NCBI GenBank assembly: GCA_964506795.1
Contig: CAZDMR010000002.1
Coordinates: 77,809-141,808, forward strand
DNA: 64,000 nt
Source of the DNA: an uncultured Acidobacteriota bacterium
Lineage (GTDB): Bacteria > Acidobacteriota > UBA6911
Direction: 5' to 3'
The translations under genes were made by a program, and so were the position numbers. The notes below the pieces were generated by a model. That model saw only the letters and a program-made list of their open reading frames with translations, was not told where the DNA came from and made no database searches. Below are positions 52,689 to 63,164 of this stretch, piece after piece. Every line of letters starts with the position of its first letter. Within the stretch, counting starts at the first letter, position 1.

Positions 52689-54068
52689 ATGAAGACGTTG
52701 ATCAAACCTAAAATACCGGCCCCGCTGGATCCGGATTTCCAACCGGCGGCGCTTTTCAATCGCCGGTATGTCCGCACGGCGAAAGCGTCAGGGAAATCTG
52801 TGCCGCTGGTCCTCGGCCTCGAACGGGGAAACGGGATCTTTTCACGATGGGAAACTCTTGTGAACTCCTCCGCCGATGCAGACTCGCTTCGTTATGTGGA
52901 GCGCATTGTTAAATTCATGCTTTGGTCGCGGGGCGGATGGCGCCTCCGGGTGGGAGGGCCGAAACCCGTCGGTGAATATATTCAACGCTGCTACTCGATC
53001 GGGGGAGAGCGCGGCTTTGATCGGGAGTTAATGGCCAGGATTTACGAGCGCCCGTTCGAAGTTGAATCAACGGACGAGGAATCCGTACCCGACGGTAAAG
53101 AGATGAATGCCAGGTTGGGAGGACATCTCGACGGATGCCGCATCGGCTTTGATCTGGGCGCAAGCGATTACAAGATTGCGGCGCTTAAAGAGGGCAAAGT
53201 CATTTACAGCGACGAGTTTTCCTGGAATCCCAGGGACGAGGCCGATCCGGAATATCATTACAGCCGGCTTAATGCGGGCTTGAAAAAGGCCGCCGGCTTT
53301 CTGCCGCGCGTGGACGCCATCGGAGGCAGTTCGGCCGGTGTAATTGTCGACAATAAAATTATGGTCGCTTCGCTGTTCCGGTCCGTTGCCCCTTCGCAGT
53401 TTGATCGGGCGAAAAACATCTTCCTGCGGATACGGGATGAATGGAAAGTACCCTTGGAAGTGGCAAACGATGGGGAAGTAACCGCTTTGGCCGGGGCGAT
53501 GTCGCTTGAGGCAAACGGGATGATAGGCCTTGCCATGGGTTCCAGCGCCGCGGCCGGGTACATCGACCCGCAAGGTTGCATGACGGGGTGGTTGAATGAG
53601 TTAGCCTTCGCGCCCGTGGATTACAATGAGAATGCGGCTTCGGACGAGTGGTCCGGAGATCGCGGCGTCGGCGCCCTTTATTTTTCTCAGCAGGCGGTGA
53701 ACCGGCTCCTTCCTGCGGCGGGAATCCACCTGCCTAAAGAGATGGGCCTGCCGGAAAGGCTCGAGAAAGTGCAGGATTTGATGGCCAAGGGCGAGCCCCG
53801 GGCGGCGAAGATTTACGAGACCATCGGAGTTTATCTCGGGTATACGGTGGCGCATTACGCGGATTTTTACGAGTTCGGCCGCATGCTGCTCTTGGGCCGC
53901 GTCACCACCGGGAAGGGGGGCGATATCGCCGTTGAAAAAGCGCGTGAGGTTTTGAAGGAGGAGTTTCCTAAAGTAAGCGGACAAATCCAGTTGCATATGC
54001 CGGACGAGAAAAGCCGCCGCGTCGGCCAGGCTGTGGCGGCGGCAAGCTTGCCGGTTTTAAAAAGCTGA
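52689..54068 (+). CDS. ASKHA-superfamily sugar kinase, ROK/glucokinase-like, with ~150-aa N-terminal extension
   Basis: Phosphate-1 motif GFDLGASDYKIAA, ROK-like ANDGEVTALAGA and glycine-rich IGLAMGSSAAAGYI; lacks the ROK zinc Cys motif. Confidence 0.55.
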   Translation: MKTLIKPKIPAPLDPDFQPAALFNRRYVRTAKASGKSVPLVLGLERGNGIFSRWETLVNSSADADSLRYVERIVKFMLWSRGGWRLRVGGPKPVGEYIQRCYSIGGERGFDRELMARIYERPFEVESTDEESVPDGKEMNARLGGHLDGCRIGFDLGASDYKIAALKEGKVIYSDEFSWNPRDEADPEYHYSRLNAGLKKAAGFLPRVDAIGGSSAGVIVDNKIMVASLFRSVAPSQFDRAKNIFLRIRDEWKVPLEVANDGEVTALAGAMSLEANGMIGLAMGSSAAAGYIDPQGCMTGWLNELAFAPVDYNENAASDEWSGDRGVGALYFSQQAVNRLLPAAGIHLPKEMGLPERLEKVQDLMAKGEPRAAKIYETIGVYLGYTVAHYADFYEFGRMLLLGRVTTGKGGDIAVEKAREVLKEEFPKVSGQIQLHMPDEKSRRVGQAVAAASLPVLKS

Positions 54069-54076
54069 AGGTTGCT

Positions 54077-54931
54077 ATGAAATTGCATAACCCGACGAGT
54101 GAAGTTTTCATTCCCGACAATAAGCCTGTATCGGATGCGCTCCAACGGATTACCCATCTCGGCATCGGGGCGCACCAGGATGATCTGGAGCTTATGGCCT
54201 TCCACGGCATTCTCGCCTGCTATGGGAAAGGAGATCTATGGTTTGGCGGCGTTACGTGCACCAACGGCAGCGGCAGCCCTCGGGCGGGGATTTACTCGGA
54301 TTTTTCGGATGCTCAAATGATGGCCGTGCGCCGGCGCGAACAGAATGCCGCGGCCGTTGTCGGAGGTTACGGCGCAATGATCCATCTCGATTATCCGAGC
54401 GCCGTTGTCAGATCTGCCGAAGACGCTTTTCTAAAAAGCGACCTGAAGCTGGTTCTGAGCCGGATGCAGCCGCAGGTGGTCTACACTCACAATCCGGCGG
54501 ACAAGCACGATACGCACGTTGGAGTGGCGGTGGCCGCGATTCAGGCGATGCGCGAGCTGCCGCATTCCCGGCGGCCGAGAAAAGTATGGGGCTGCGAGCT
54601 TTGGCGCAATCTCGACTGGCTGCCCGATTCGGACAAGGTGTTGATGGATGTCAGCGGACGCGACAACCTGGCGGGCGCGCTCAACGGCATATTCGATTCG
54701 CAGATTGCCGGGGGCAAACGCTACGATACGGCCGCCATCGGCCGGCGGCATGCGAATGCGACGTTTTTCGAATCTCACGCGACCGACAAGGCAGCCCAAC
54801 TCATTTTTGGGATGGACCTCTCGCCGCTCGTGGCGGACGAATCGCTGGACATCCTTGAATATGTTGTAGGATTTATCCGCAGGACCGAGAATGAAATCAG
54901 GGATAAACTCGCCAGGCGGTTGGGGAGATAA
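54077..54931 (+). CDS. PIG-L/LmbE family N-acetylglucosaminyl deacetylase
   Basis: AHQDDLEL zinc-binding motif (AHPDDE-type) and downstream His/Asp residues (HNPADKHDTH). Confidence 0.75.
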   Translation: MKLHNPTSEVFIPDNKPVSDALQRITHLGIGAHQDDLELMAFHGILACYGKGDLWFGGVTCTNGSGSPRAGIYSDFSDAQMMAVRRREQNAAAVVGGYGAMIHLDYPSAVVRSAEDAFLKSDLKLVLSRMQPQVVYTHNPADKHDTHVGVAVAAIQAMRELPHSRRPRKVWGCELWRNLDWLPDSDKVLMDVSGRDNLAGALNGIFDSQIAGGKRYDTAAIGRRHANATFFESHATDKAAQLIFGMDLSPLVADESLDILEYVVGFIRRTENEIRDKLARRLGR

Positions 54932-55086
54932 GAGCCACGCGTTATTATGAAGGCGGCCGCAGCCGGAATTTAAAACTAGAAAGGCTGCATTGAATCGCCG
55001 CAGCCAGCCGGAGTGCGCTGTTGTGTTTCTGGATGGGATAGCCTATAAAATATATGAATTTCAAAGGGAGCGGGTGAAAGGAATAA

Positions 55087-55326
55087 GTGATGCGAACTAA
55101 TTCGAAAACTTGGGTATTATTGGTCCTGGGCGTACTTGCAGTTGCGCTGTTTCCAACGGACGCGCATGCCTATATCGACCCGGGCACCGGCAGCTATATC
55201 ATTCAAATTGTAATTGCGGGAATAATGGCGGGCGCTTTAGCACTCAAGATGTTCTGGGGCAGGATAAAGGCAATGTTTTCGGGAAATCCCGCCAAAAATG
55301 ATTCAGACCGGGATCCCGATGAGTGA
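55087..55326 (+). CDS. small secreted/membrane protein (signal peptide plus one TM helix)
   Basis: RBS AGGGAG upstream; signal peptide ending AHA, hydrophobic helix IIQIVIAGIMAGALAL, charged tail; overlaps the start of the next gene. Confidence 0.45.
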   Translation: MMRTNSKTWVLLVLGVLAVALFPTDAHAYIDPGTGSYIIQIVIAGIMAGALALKMFWGRIKAMFSGNPAKNDSDRDPDE

Positions 55327-56722
55327 CGGCATTATACCGGCGTCCTTCAGGGACCCTTCGGGCTTCATCTTTCGCCGTAACGGAATTCTTTTCCGCCAGG
55401 TCAATCAATCCTATCGGGCTTCTTACGACCGCTTCCTATCCTCCGGTTTGTACCGTAAATTAACCGAAAAGGGGTTTCTGGTCCCGCACACGGAAACGGC
55501 GGAGCCGGCATATCTGGATGATACAGCATACAAAGTAATCAAGCCCGCCTTGGTTCCCTTTGTGTCCTATCCTTATGAGTGGTGCTTCGGCCAACTCAAG
55601 GACGCGGCCCTTCTGACGCTGGAAATCCAGAAAACCGCCGTGCGTCACGGAATGTCGCTCAAGGACGCCAGTGCCTTTAATATCCTGTTTTCGGGATGCC
55701 GTCCGGTTTTTATCGATACCCTTTCCTTTGAAGACTATGTTGAGGGACGTCCCTGGATAGCGTACCGCCAGTTCTGCCAGCATTTCTTTGCTCCCCTCGC
55801 TCTGGCTTCTTCGAAGGATCTGCGGCTGGGGCGTCTTTCGTCGCTCTTCTTGGATGGAATTCCTCTCGATTTGGCGAGCGCGCTTCTTCCGCTGCGGAGC
55901 CGTTTGAAAATATCCGAGCTGACTCACGTTCATCTGCACTCAAAAGCCCAGCGCCGCTACCAGGAAAAGGGCCAAAGGCACGAGCCCAAGGGAAAGGTGT
56001 CGAAGATGGGATTGCTGGGAATCCTCGACAGCCTGGAATCCGCAATTAAGAGGATGTCCTTTAAAAAAGGAGAAACCGTCTGGGAGGATTATTACGACGC
56101 CACCAATTATTCCTCACAAGCCTTTGAAAGCAAGAAACGCATTGTCGAGGAGTTTCTGGACAGCGTCTCGCCGAAGACGGTATGGGATCTCGGGGCCAAC
56201 ACCGGCGTTTTCAGCAAAATTGCCGCGCGAAAGGGAATTCCGACGGTGTCGATAGACGGCGATCCCGCTGCGGTGGAGCGCCTCTATCAGGAATGCAAAA
56301 AGGAAGGGCAGGAAAATATCCTGCCGCTGACCATGGATCTTACCAATGCATCGGCCGGCATCGGATGGGCCAACCAGGAGCGCGTTTCATTTTATGAACG
56401 GGGCCCCGCGGATGTGGCCCTGGCTTTGGCCTTGATTCACCATCTCGCCATCGGCAACAACGTCCCGCTGGGAAGCATTGCACGTTTTTTGAGCCGATTG
56501 TGCCGGTTTCTAATCATAGAGTTTGTGCCCAAATGCGATTCTCAAGTAAAGCGTATGCTGGCTTCAAGGGAAGACATCTTCGACAGCTACAACGCCGAAA
56601 CTTTTGAACGCGAGTTCCTGCGCGAATTTAAAATCCTTGGAACCGCCAAAGTCGCGGAGAGCTCGCGTACCCTTTATTTGATGCGGAACTCGCGAAATGA
56701 AGCGACCCTGGACGCTGTTTAA
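55319..56722 (+). CDS. class I SAM-dependent methyltransferase with a large uncharacterised N-terminal domain
   Basis: C-terminal motif I VWDLGANTGVFS and motif post-I; ~280-aa N-terminal region without recognisable family. Confidence 0.6.
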   Translation: MSDGIIPASFRDPSGFIFRRNGILFRQVNQSYRASYDRFLSSGLYRKLTEKGFLVPHTETAEPAYLDDTAYKVIKPALVPFVSYPYEWCFGQLKDAALLTLEIQKTAVRHGMSLKDASAFNILFSGCRPVFIDTLSFEDYVEGRPWIAYRQFCQHFFAPLALASSKDLRLGRLSSLFLDGIPLDLASALLPLRSRLKISELTHVHLHSKAQRRYQEKGQRHEPKGKVSKMGLLGILDSLESAIKRMSFKKGETVWEDYYDATNYSSQAFESKKRIVEEFLDSVSPKTVWDLGANTGVFSKIAARKGIPTVSIDGDPAAVERLYQECKKEGQENILPLTMDLTNASAGIGWANQERVSFYERGPADVALALALIHHLAIGNNVPLGSIARFLSRLCRFLIIEFVPKCDSQVKRMLASREDIFDSYNAETFEREFLREFKILGTAKVAESSRTLYLMRNSRNEATLDAV

Positions 56723-56769
56723 TTAAGGCCGATAAAAGCTTTCCGCGAAAAGACAGAGTTCTCACACAC

Positions 56770-58947
56770 ATGATGATCCATAAAAAATACAAGCGCGCTT
56801 CAGCTGCAACTCGCACACGCGAGAGTTTGATCGACGCTGTGAATGTCTTTACTTTTTTCGGTTTTGCGCTGGCGCAACCGTTATTCGACCTGCTGTCGCA
56901 AAACTCCCAGTTTTTTGTGGCAAGGCACTCCAAACCCCTGGATGTGCTCTTGCTAAGCGCTTTGTTGTGCTTCGTATGCCCGGCTCTTGTCGTTGCGGCG
57001 GGAGAAATACTGGGAATTGTTCATAAGCGAATCCGCGGCGGTTATTATTTCATTGTCTTCACAATGCTTGCCGCGAGCTTCGCGCTGCCGATATTTAAAA
57101 GATTCCTCGACATATCGGGGCCGGCGATGGTTGCGGCGGCCGCTGTTTCCGCTCTGCTCTTTGCTTTTTTATATATGCGTTTCCGTCCTTTCCGGCTGAA
57201 TCTCACGTTTCTATCGCCTGCGATACTAGCGTTTCCCATCCTGTTCCTTTTCAGCTCCGGCATCTATGAAATTGTATTTCCCGGTAAGAACGCTTCCTAT
57301 ATAAAAGCTGAAGTGAAAAAGCCGGCCCCGGTCGTTTTTGTGGTTTTTGATGAATTGCCCTTAACGTCTCTGATGAATGAAGAGCGTGTGATCGATCCGG
57401 TCCGATATCCCAATTTCGCCGCTCTAGCGGAAGACTCCTACTGGTTTCGAAACGCAACAACGGTCAGTGCGAATACGATGTTCTCCATCCCGAGCATGCT
57501 GTCCGGACGATTTCCGACCGGGGAAGCTTTCCTGCCCACCTCGGCGCATCATCCGAGGCAGCTGTTTACCCTTCTAAGCGGTTCCTATGAAATTAAACCA
57601 TTTGAAATAGTCACCGAGCTGTGTCCGGATGAATTAGTCGATAGGAAAGAAAAACAACCCGTGCTTGCCGAGCGCATGAGATCGCTGGTTGCGGATCTTT
57701 CCGTAGTGTATCTGCACGTTTTGCTTCCTTCGGATTTTTCCGCTCGGCTGCCGGGTATCAGGACGTCATGGAAAGACTTCGCGCAAAAGCCGCCCGAAAC
57801 TCCCCAGCCTGACTTGGAAGCGTTAGACAAGAAATACGCCTGGACTTTTTTTTGGGACAAGATCGACTGGGATGACCGTACTGAAATTGTACGCCGGTTT
57901 GTCGATTCGATAGAATCCGACGACCGGCAGACACTTTTTTTTATGCATGTAATGCTGCCTCATTCCGGTTGGAGCTACCTCCCTTCCGGCAAAAGACATA
58001 CTCTTTATAAGGATCATGAAATCAGAGGTTTGGTTGGAGAAAACACTAAAGGGCTTCCGGACGATTTGTGGACCGACGCATGGTCGGTTACGCAAATGTT
58101 CCAGAGACACCTGCTCCAGGTCCGATTAGTGGATAAGCTGCTGGGAGACATAGCAGCCCGACTGAAATCCACCGGCCTTTATGAACAGTCCCTTATCGTC
58201 ATAACAGCGGATCATGGAATTAGTTTTCAGGCGGGAACGCGCAGAAGGGGAGTCGACAGCAAAAATTATTGCGACATCATGGCGATCCCTTTGTTAATAA
58301 AGGTCCCCCGGCAAACGCGGGGAGTAGTGAGCGACCGCAACGTGGAAACAGTGGACATACTCCCGACGATTGCGGATATATTGGGAATCGATCTGCCGTG
58401 GAGCGTTGACGGACGGTCGGCTCTCGATTTGAATCAGCCGGAAAGGGAAAACAAGGCCATTTACGATAATGCCGGGACAAAAATAGTTTTTGAGCCCTCC
58501 ATGGCCGGAAAGTACAAAACATTGAGACATATCATCGATTTATTCGGCTCGGGCACGGACGAGCGGCTGTTTAACATCGGCCCTTACAATGGCTTGATAG
58601 GCAGGAAGGTAACGGAATCCAAAATATCACAGCAAAAAAGCCTTGAGGTGTTTCTGGAATATCAAAAAATCTATGCGAATATGGATCTGGGCGCGCGGTT
58701 CATACCGGCCAACATCATCGGGCGAATCGTATCAAAGCAGAGAGCAACCAAGCCGATTCACCTTGCCGTCGCGGTCAACGGCACCATCGCGGCGGTTACA
58801 GAGACATTCATAATAGACGGGGAAATGAAATTTTCCGCCCTGGTTCCCGAAGAATCCTTTAAAGAAGGCTTTAATGAAATTGGTATCTTTCTTGCCCGCG
58901 GGCCCAACGTGTCGGATCTATTGAGGGCAAAGATTGTATCCAAATAA
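56770..58947 (+). CDS. membrane-anchored sulfatase/phosphoglycerol-transferase (LTA synthase / alkaline phosphatase superfamily)
   Basis: Five N-terminal TM helices followed by an extracytoplasmic sulfatase-fold domain with VVFDELP and ITADHG motifs. Confidence 0.75.
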   Translation: MMIHKKYKRASAATRTRESLIDAVNVFTFFGFALAQPLFDLLSQNSQFFVARHSKPLDVLLLSALLCFVCPALVVAAGEILGIVHKRIRGGYYFIVFTMLAASFALPIFKRFLDISGPAMVAAAAVSALLFAFLYMRFRPFRLNLTFLSPAILAFPILFLFSSGIYEIVFPGKNASYIKAEVKKPAPVVFVVFDELPLTSLMNEERVIDPVRYPNFAALAEDSYWFRNATTVSANTMFSIPSMLSGRFPTGEAFLPTSAHHPRQLFTLLSGSYEIKPFEIVTELCPDELVDRKEKQPVLAERMRSLVADLSVVYLHVLLPSDFSARLPGIRTSWKDFAQKPPETPQPDLEALDKKYAWTFFWDKIDWDDRTEIVRRFVDSIESDDRQTLFFMHVMLPHSGWSYLPSGKRHTLYKDHEIRGLVGENTKGLPDDLWTDAWSVTQMFQRHLLQVRLVDKLLGDIAARLKSTGLYEQSLIVITADHGISFQAGTRRRGVDSKNYCDIMAIPLLIKVPRQTRGVVSDRNVETVDILPTIADILGIDLPWSVDGRSALDLNQPERENKAIYDNAGTKIVFEPSMAGKYKTLRHIIDLFGSGTDERLFNIGPYNGLIGRKVTESKISQQKSLEVFLEYQKIYANMDLGARFIPANIIGRIVSKQRATKPIHLAVAVNGTIAAVTETFIIDGEMKFSALVPEESFKEGFNEIGIFLARGPNVSDLLRAKIVSK

Positions 58948-59165
58948 GCCGCAAGTTGCCATGGATGGCGAAGCTTCGTGCCTGGTATGCTCTGGGGTTT
59001 TTGGGGAGGGCGGCAGAAGCAGATGATGATTGGAGCCGGGCGATCTCCTACCCTTGAAAGGATCTGTTCATTCGGAGCAGGACCCTGCTTGCACAATGCT
59101 ATAGGGATAATTCCCGAGGATTCATAGAGGAGAAACGGCATGCCGGCGGCCGGCTGGTTCGGAGT

Positions 59166-60194
59166 TCAGCTCAATAGGCCGCTTTCGGCGTTTCTGTAAA
59201 AATGCCGGTCGGCGACTGAAACCGACGCTCCGCGCGCGCTTCGGTCTTCCAACTCGATTCCTTGAGCTCGTATTTGATCGGCTTTTTCCAATGCCTTGGA
59301 TGCCGCAAGGCGGTCGATGACAAAAATCATGCGGCCGCCCTTTTGCGACAAGGCATGGCCGTACGAAATCGGGACGGAACAATCCGGCTCCATTAAGAGC
59401 GCGTCCGCCACGGCATCGGCTTTGCGTTTTCCATTGGCCAGAAGCAGCACGGTTCGAGCTTTATAAATCAGTTCGGCTCCCATTGAAACGGCATATCGGG
59501 GGCTTTCTTCACTGCTTGAAAAATGCCCGTCGGTTACGGCATTTGCCACTGTGTTGTCGTCCAGCTTGATCAGCAGCATTGGGTTGCCTTTGAACGGAAC
59601 CCCCGCTTCGTGAAAACCGACATGTCCGCGTCCGCCCACTCCCACAATGTGCAAATCGATCCCGCCGTACCTTCTTATTTTCTTTGCATAGCCGTCCAGA
59701 ATCTCGGTTCGAATCCATCGCAGGTATTTGGATCTGGCGTTTCTTTTGATTACAACCGCCTTGCCCTTGTCGCTTCCCTGCAGCTTCCAGTCTTTCGGAT
59801 TGGCCTTCAGCTTGGCCGCAAATTCGGACGGATCAATCAATGAGCCCCAAGGGACATAGACTTCCCGGAATTTATGAGCCAGAAGACCGAATAATTCCTG
59901 AATCATAAAGAAACCGTAGCTTTCCTTGTGAAGCGCGCGTTGCTGCGCATTTTCGCCGGGGAGACCTATATATTCGTCAAGGTTGAAGCTTACAATCCTG
60001 GAGGGATCGAAACTGCCCATGTTCGCCGCTTTGGCCAGATGCTTGTATAGGCCCGTGGGGGAATTGCCGGTGGCCAGGCCCAATACATAAAACGGCTTTG
60101 ATTCAAGCTTCTTGCTGACGTCCCGGATAGCCAGATCGGCCGCCACTTCGCTCATGTGATCGAAGTCTTTTGTAACGATTACTTGAAAAGGCAT
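59166..60194 (-). CDS. nagB: glucosamine-6-phosphate deaminase (NagB/6-phosphogluconolactonase family), long form
   Basis: LGLATGNSP and DEYIGL motifs of the NagB fold; 342 aa with C-terminal extension. Confidence 0.75.
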   Translation of the reverse strand: MPFQVIVTKDFDHMSEVAADLAIRDVSKKLESKPFYVLGLATGNSPTGLYKHLAKAANMGSFDPSRIVSFNLDEYIGLPGENAQQRALHKESYGFFMIQELFGLLAHKFREVYVPWGSLIDPSEFAAKLKANPKDWKLQGSDKGKAVVIKRNARSKYLRWIRTEILDGYAKKIRRYGGIDLHIVGVGGRGHVGFHEAGVPFKGNPMLLIKLDDNTVANAVTDGHFSSSEESPRYAVSMGAELIYKARTVLLLANGKRKADAVADALLMEPDCSVPISYGHALSQKGGRMIFVIDRLAASKALEKADQIRAQGIELEDRSARGASVSVADRHFYRNAESGLLS

Positions 60195-60224
60195 AAAAAG
60201 CTCCCGCGAATGAGTACTGTGAAA

Positions 60225-61577
60225 TCAGCCGATGCATTTTCCGACGACGCCTGCAAGCGTTTCGGCCAAGCGGACGGTTATTTCGTCCGTCGGGCCCTCC
60301 ACCATCACGCGGCACATGGATTGGGTGCCCGAATACCGGATCAACACCCTTCCCTTTTCCCTCAATTCGGCTTCCGCTTCTTTTATGGATTTCTGCAGTT
60401 CGGAAATTCCTTCAAGAGGAGGTTTCGAAGTTACGGCGACATTGATGATTTTCTGAGGAGACAGCATCATGACCTTGGCAAGTTCCGAGAGGGGTTGGGC
60501 GTAACGGCGCATAGCCCACAGAAGCTGCAGTGCGGTGATGATTCCGTCTCCGGTAGTGTGATGATTCAGGAAGATGACATGCCCTGATTCCTCGCCGCCT
60601 ATAATTGCTCCCTTTTGCTGCATCATCTCCAGCACATAGCGGTCGCCGACTTTGCTGACTCCTTGTTGGATCCCCAATTTCTTCAAGGCGGCAAAGAATC
60701 CGAAATTGCTCATAACGGTGGCGATTGCGAGATTGTTTTTCAGAAGGCCGAGCTCCTTGTACATTTTGCTGCAAATGGCTATAACCTGGTCGCCGGTGAC
60801 AGCTGCGCCCTTTTCGTCAACGGCGATGAGGCGGTCGCCGTCTCCGTCAAATGCTAATCCAACATGGGACTTGGTTTCGCAGACCTTTGCGGCCAGGTCC
60901 TCAGTGTGCTGCGATCCGCAGTGGTCGTTGATATTAATGCCGTTCGGTTCGCAGTGAATCGTCTGCACTTCTGCTCCAAGCTCGGAAAATATAATGGGAG
61001 CCACCTTGTAGGTAGCGCCGTTTGCGCAGTCGAGCACGATTTTCATGCCCTCCAGGGTTTGGTCTTCAGGGAACGTGCTTTTGCAAAATACGATATACCG
61101 GCCGCCGGCATCATCAATCCGGTACGCTTTGCCGATTTCGTCGGCGGTCGGCCGGATATCCTTGATGCGTCCGGAGGCAATCAAGTCTTCTATCTCGTCC
61201 TCCTCGGCGTCGGGAAGCTTGAAGCCGTTGCGCGAGAAAATTTTGATCCCGTTGTCCTGATAGGGATTATGGGAGGCTGAAATAACCAACCCTGCATCGG
61301 CTCTCATGCTTCGGGTTATAAAAGCGATGCCGGGAGTGCTCAGCGGGCCGAGCAGCAGAACGTCCACGCCCATGGAACAAATCCCGGCCGTTAGAGCGGA
61401 TTCCAGCATATACCCGCTTACCCGGGTGTCTTTGCCGATAGCAATGGTGTGCCGCTGAGTCTTGTGTTTCTTGCATACATAGGCTGTCGCGCGGCCGATC
61501 TCGAGCGCCATTTCCGCGGTCATCGGGTGTACGTTTGCGATACCTCTTACCCCGTCTGTGCCGAACATGCGTGCCAT
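60225..61577 (-). CDS. glmM: phosphoglucosamine mutase
   Basis: MARMFGTDGVRG N-terminus, active-site Ser loop SASHNPYQDNGIK, metal-binding DGDGDR. Confidence 0.9.
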   Translation of the reverse strand: MARMFGTDGVRGIANVHPMTAEMALEIGRATAYVCKKHKTQRHTIAIGKDTRVSGYMLESALTAGICSMGVDVLLLGPLSTPGIAFITRSMRADAGLVISASHNPYQDNGIKIFSRNGFKLPDAEEDEIEDLIASGRIKDIRPTADEIGKAYRIDDAGGRYIVFCKSTFPEDQTLEGMKIVLDCANGATYKVAPIIFSELGAEVQTIHCEPNGININDHCGSQHTEDLAAKVCETKSHVGLAFDGDGDRLIAVDEKGAAVTGDQVIAICSKMYKELGLLKNNLAIATVMSNFGFFAALKKLGIQQGVSKVGDRYVLEMMQQKGAIIGGEESGHVIFLNHHTTGDGIITALQLLWAMRRYAQPLSELAKVMMLSPQKIINVAVTSKPPLEGISELQKSIKEAEAELREKGRVLIRYSGTQSMCRVMVEGPTDEITVRLAETLAGVVGKCIG

Positions 61578-61592
61578 AGTTCTCTTTCCCCC

Positions 61593-62828
61593 CTAAATTG
61601 ATTCCCAGAGTTTTGAAGCGGAATCCACAATTTGCTGCAACCACGCGTTTCCCTGTTTCCGTGCCGAAAGATCGAGGGCGCGCACAGCTTCGATGTGGCC
61701 GGATGAAACAGCGGCTTGTTCCCATTGCTTTAAGAAAGCGTCGCGGTTCGAGGCGCCTGCCGTATCCGGCGGGCCGGATTTAAGATTCGCCTCAATCTCG
61801 GGCCAGCGGTCCACCAAAGCCTGCTGCTGCACTTTTATTGGCGGCGGCAGGTCTTCCCCTGTTTGTTCGCGCGCGAATTTGAGGGAGAACGGCATTTTAT
61901 CGGCCAGCTCCCCTAAACGCCTAATGCGTTCCTTCAAGGCGTCGTTAATGCGGATTAAGGCGCCCGCATGGCAGGCCCGGGTGAAATCGTCCGAAGACAT
62001 GGTGCGGATACGCGCATGCTGATACCAAGCCTTCAACGCCCACAAGTTCCCGATGAATATAAGATTGTTGGCAACGATGCGGTTGATGCCGCGGTAAATC
62101 CCGACCGCGAAGGGGCGTGTTTCTTTTGTTGATGTTGGCGCCGAGTAGAGCTTTCGTTCGTCCGGAATGTCCTTGCGGCAGATTGTGCCGGCCGGGATCA
62201 CGGTGCCGTAGGCAATGCGCACGGGGCCCACCATGCCGCCCTGTCCCCCGAGGAAGATGGGCGGTTGATCCAAAAAAACGCCTCGGGGGACGTCGCCGAT
62301 CAGAGACGGCGTCGCCTTGTCCTGGTGAGGCGTAAAATTAAAATGGATATAGGAAGAACCGATCTCGCTGTGGTTTTTTCTGCTGGTGCCGCCCGCCATT
62401 AGAACGTCGCAAAAATTAATCAGGCTGCCCGCGGTCACAAACGATAGAAAGATAGTCTGCTTCAAACCTACGGCATGAGCTCCGCCGGCCTCTTCCTCTA
62501 TCAGTGTTCCCGGGCGCACATGGGCCGCGCTTCCCATACTGGCGCCGTCGAGAAATGTCGTTGCGGAATAAAACCCGCCTTTTAACTCAACCTTATGGCC
62601 GAGCTGGCTGTCTTCAATGGAGACGGGCGCTTCCTTGCCGAGTTCCGATCCAGGGCCGATCGAGGTTTCGGCTCCGGATAAAGCGCACCCCCTGTGGAGC
62701 ACCACTCCGGCCGCAATTCGCTCGGGATGAATGGACTCGTCCACCTCCACGGAAAAAGGACTTGGAAAGATGACGCCTCTTTTCAAAAGGCGCTCAACTG
62801 CCGGAGATATTTTGGCCGCATCCCTCAT
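61593..62828 (-). CDS. left-handed beta-helix (hexapeptide-repeat) acyltransferase-like protein, GlmU C-terminal-like, lacking the uridyltransferase domain
   Basis: Central region with imperfect hexapeptide repeats (IGPGSELG..., VRPGTLIEEEAGG..., IGDVPRGVFLDQ...) flanked by non-LbH N- and C-terminal regions; adjacent to glmM. Confidence 0.5.
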   Translation of the reverse strand: MRDAAKISPAVERLLKRGVIFPSPFSVEVDESIHPERIAAGVVLHRGCALSGAETSIGPGSELGKEAPVSIEDSQLGHKVELKGGFYSATTFLDGASMGSAAHVRPGTLIEEEAGGAHAVGLKQTIFLSFVTAGSLINFCDVLMAGGTSRKNHSEIGSSYIHFNFTPHQDKATPSLIGDVPRGVFLDQPPIFLGGQGGMVGPVRIAYGTVIPAGTICRKDIPDERKLYSAPTSTKETRPFAVGIYRGINRIVANNLIFIGNLWALKAWYQHARIRTMSSDDFTRACHAGALIRINDALKERIRRLGELADKMPFSLKFAREQTGEDLPPPIKVQQQALVDRWPEIEANLKSGPPDTAGASNRDAFLKQWEQAAVSSGHIEAVRALDLSARKQGNAWLQQIVDSASKLWESI

Positions 62829-63164
62829 ATAAGCTCCCTCTTTTGATAAATCCGATGCCGCTTTGCAGGCGCCTAATTTATAGCGTCAGCGTTATTGCTT
62901 CAAGAATTCCATCCAACGGAAACGTACTTCCCGGGACGGCCACATCGTAATTAATCGTCATTTTAAGCAATCGCTTGATAACTATCTACTATGAAGGATG
63001 GAGCGTTTGGGTTGAGGGATGCGGCAGAATTCCGGCTGCGCGCTTCACAAGTTGAGTATGTGCGCGGCGGATGATTTTGCGGATTAAGATCGCCGGCCGC
63101 CCTTGGATCCATCTCCGTAGCGCAGTGGGTTTTAGCGGCCGAAAGGATGGGCCGGCCTTCCCGC

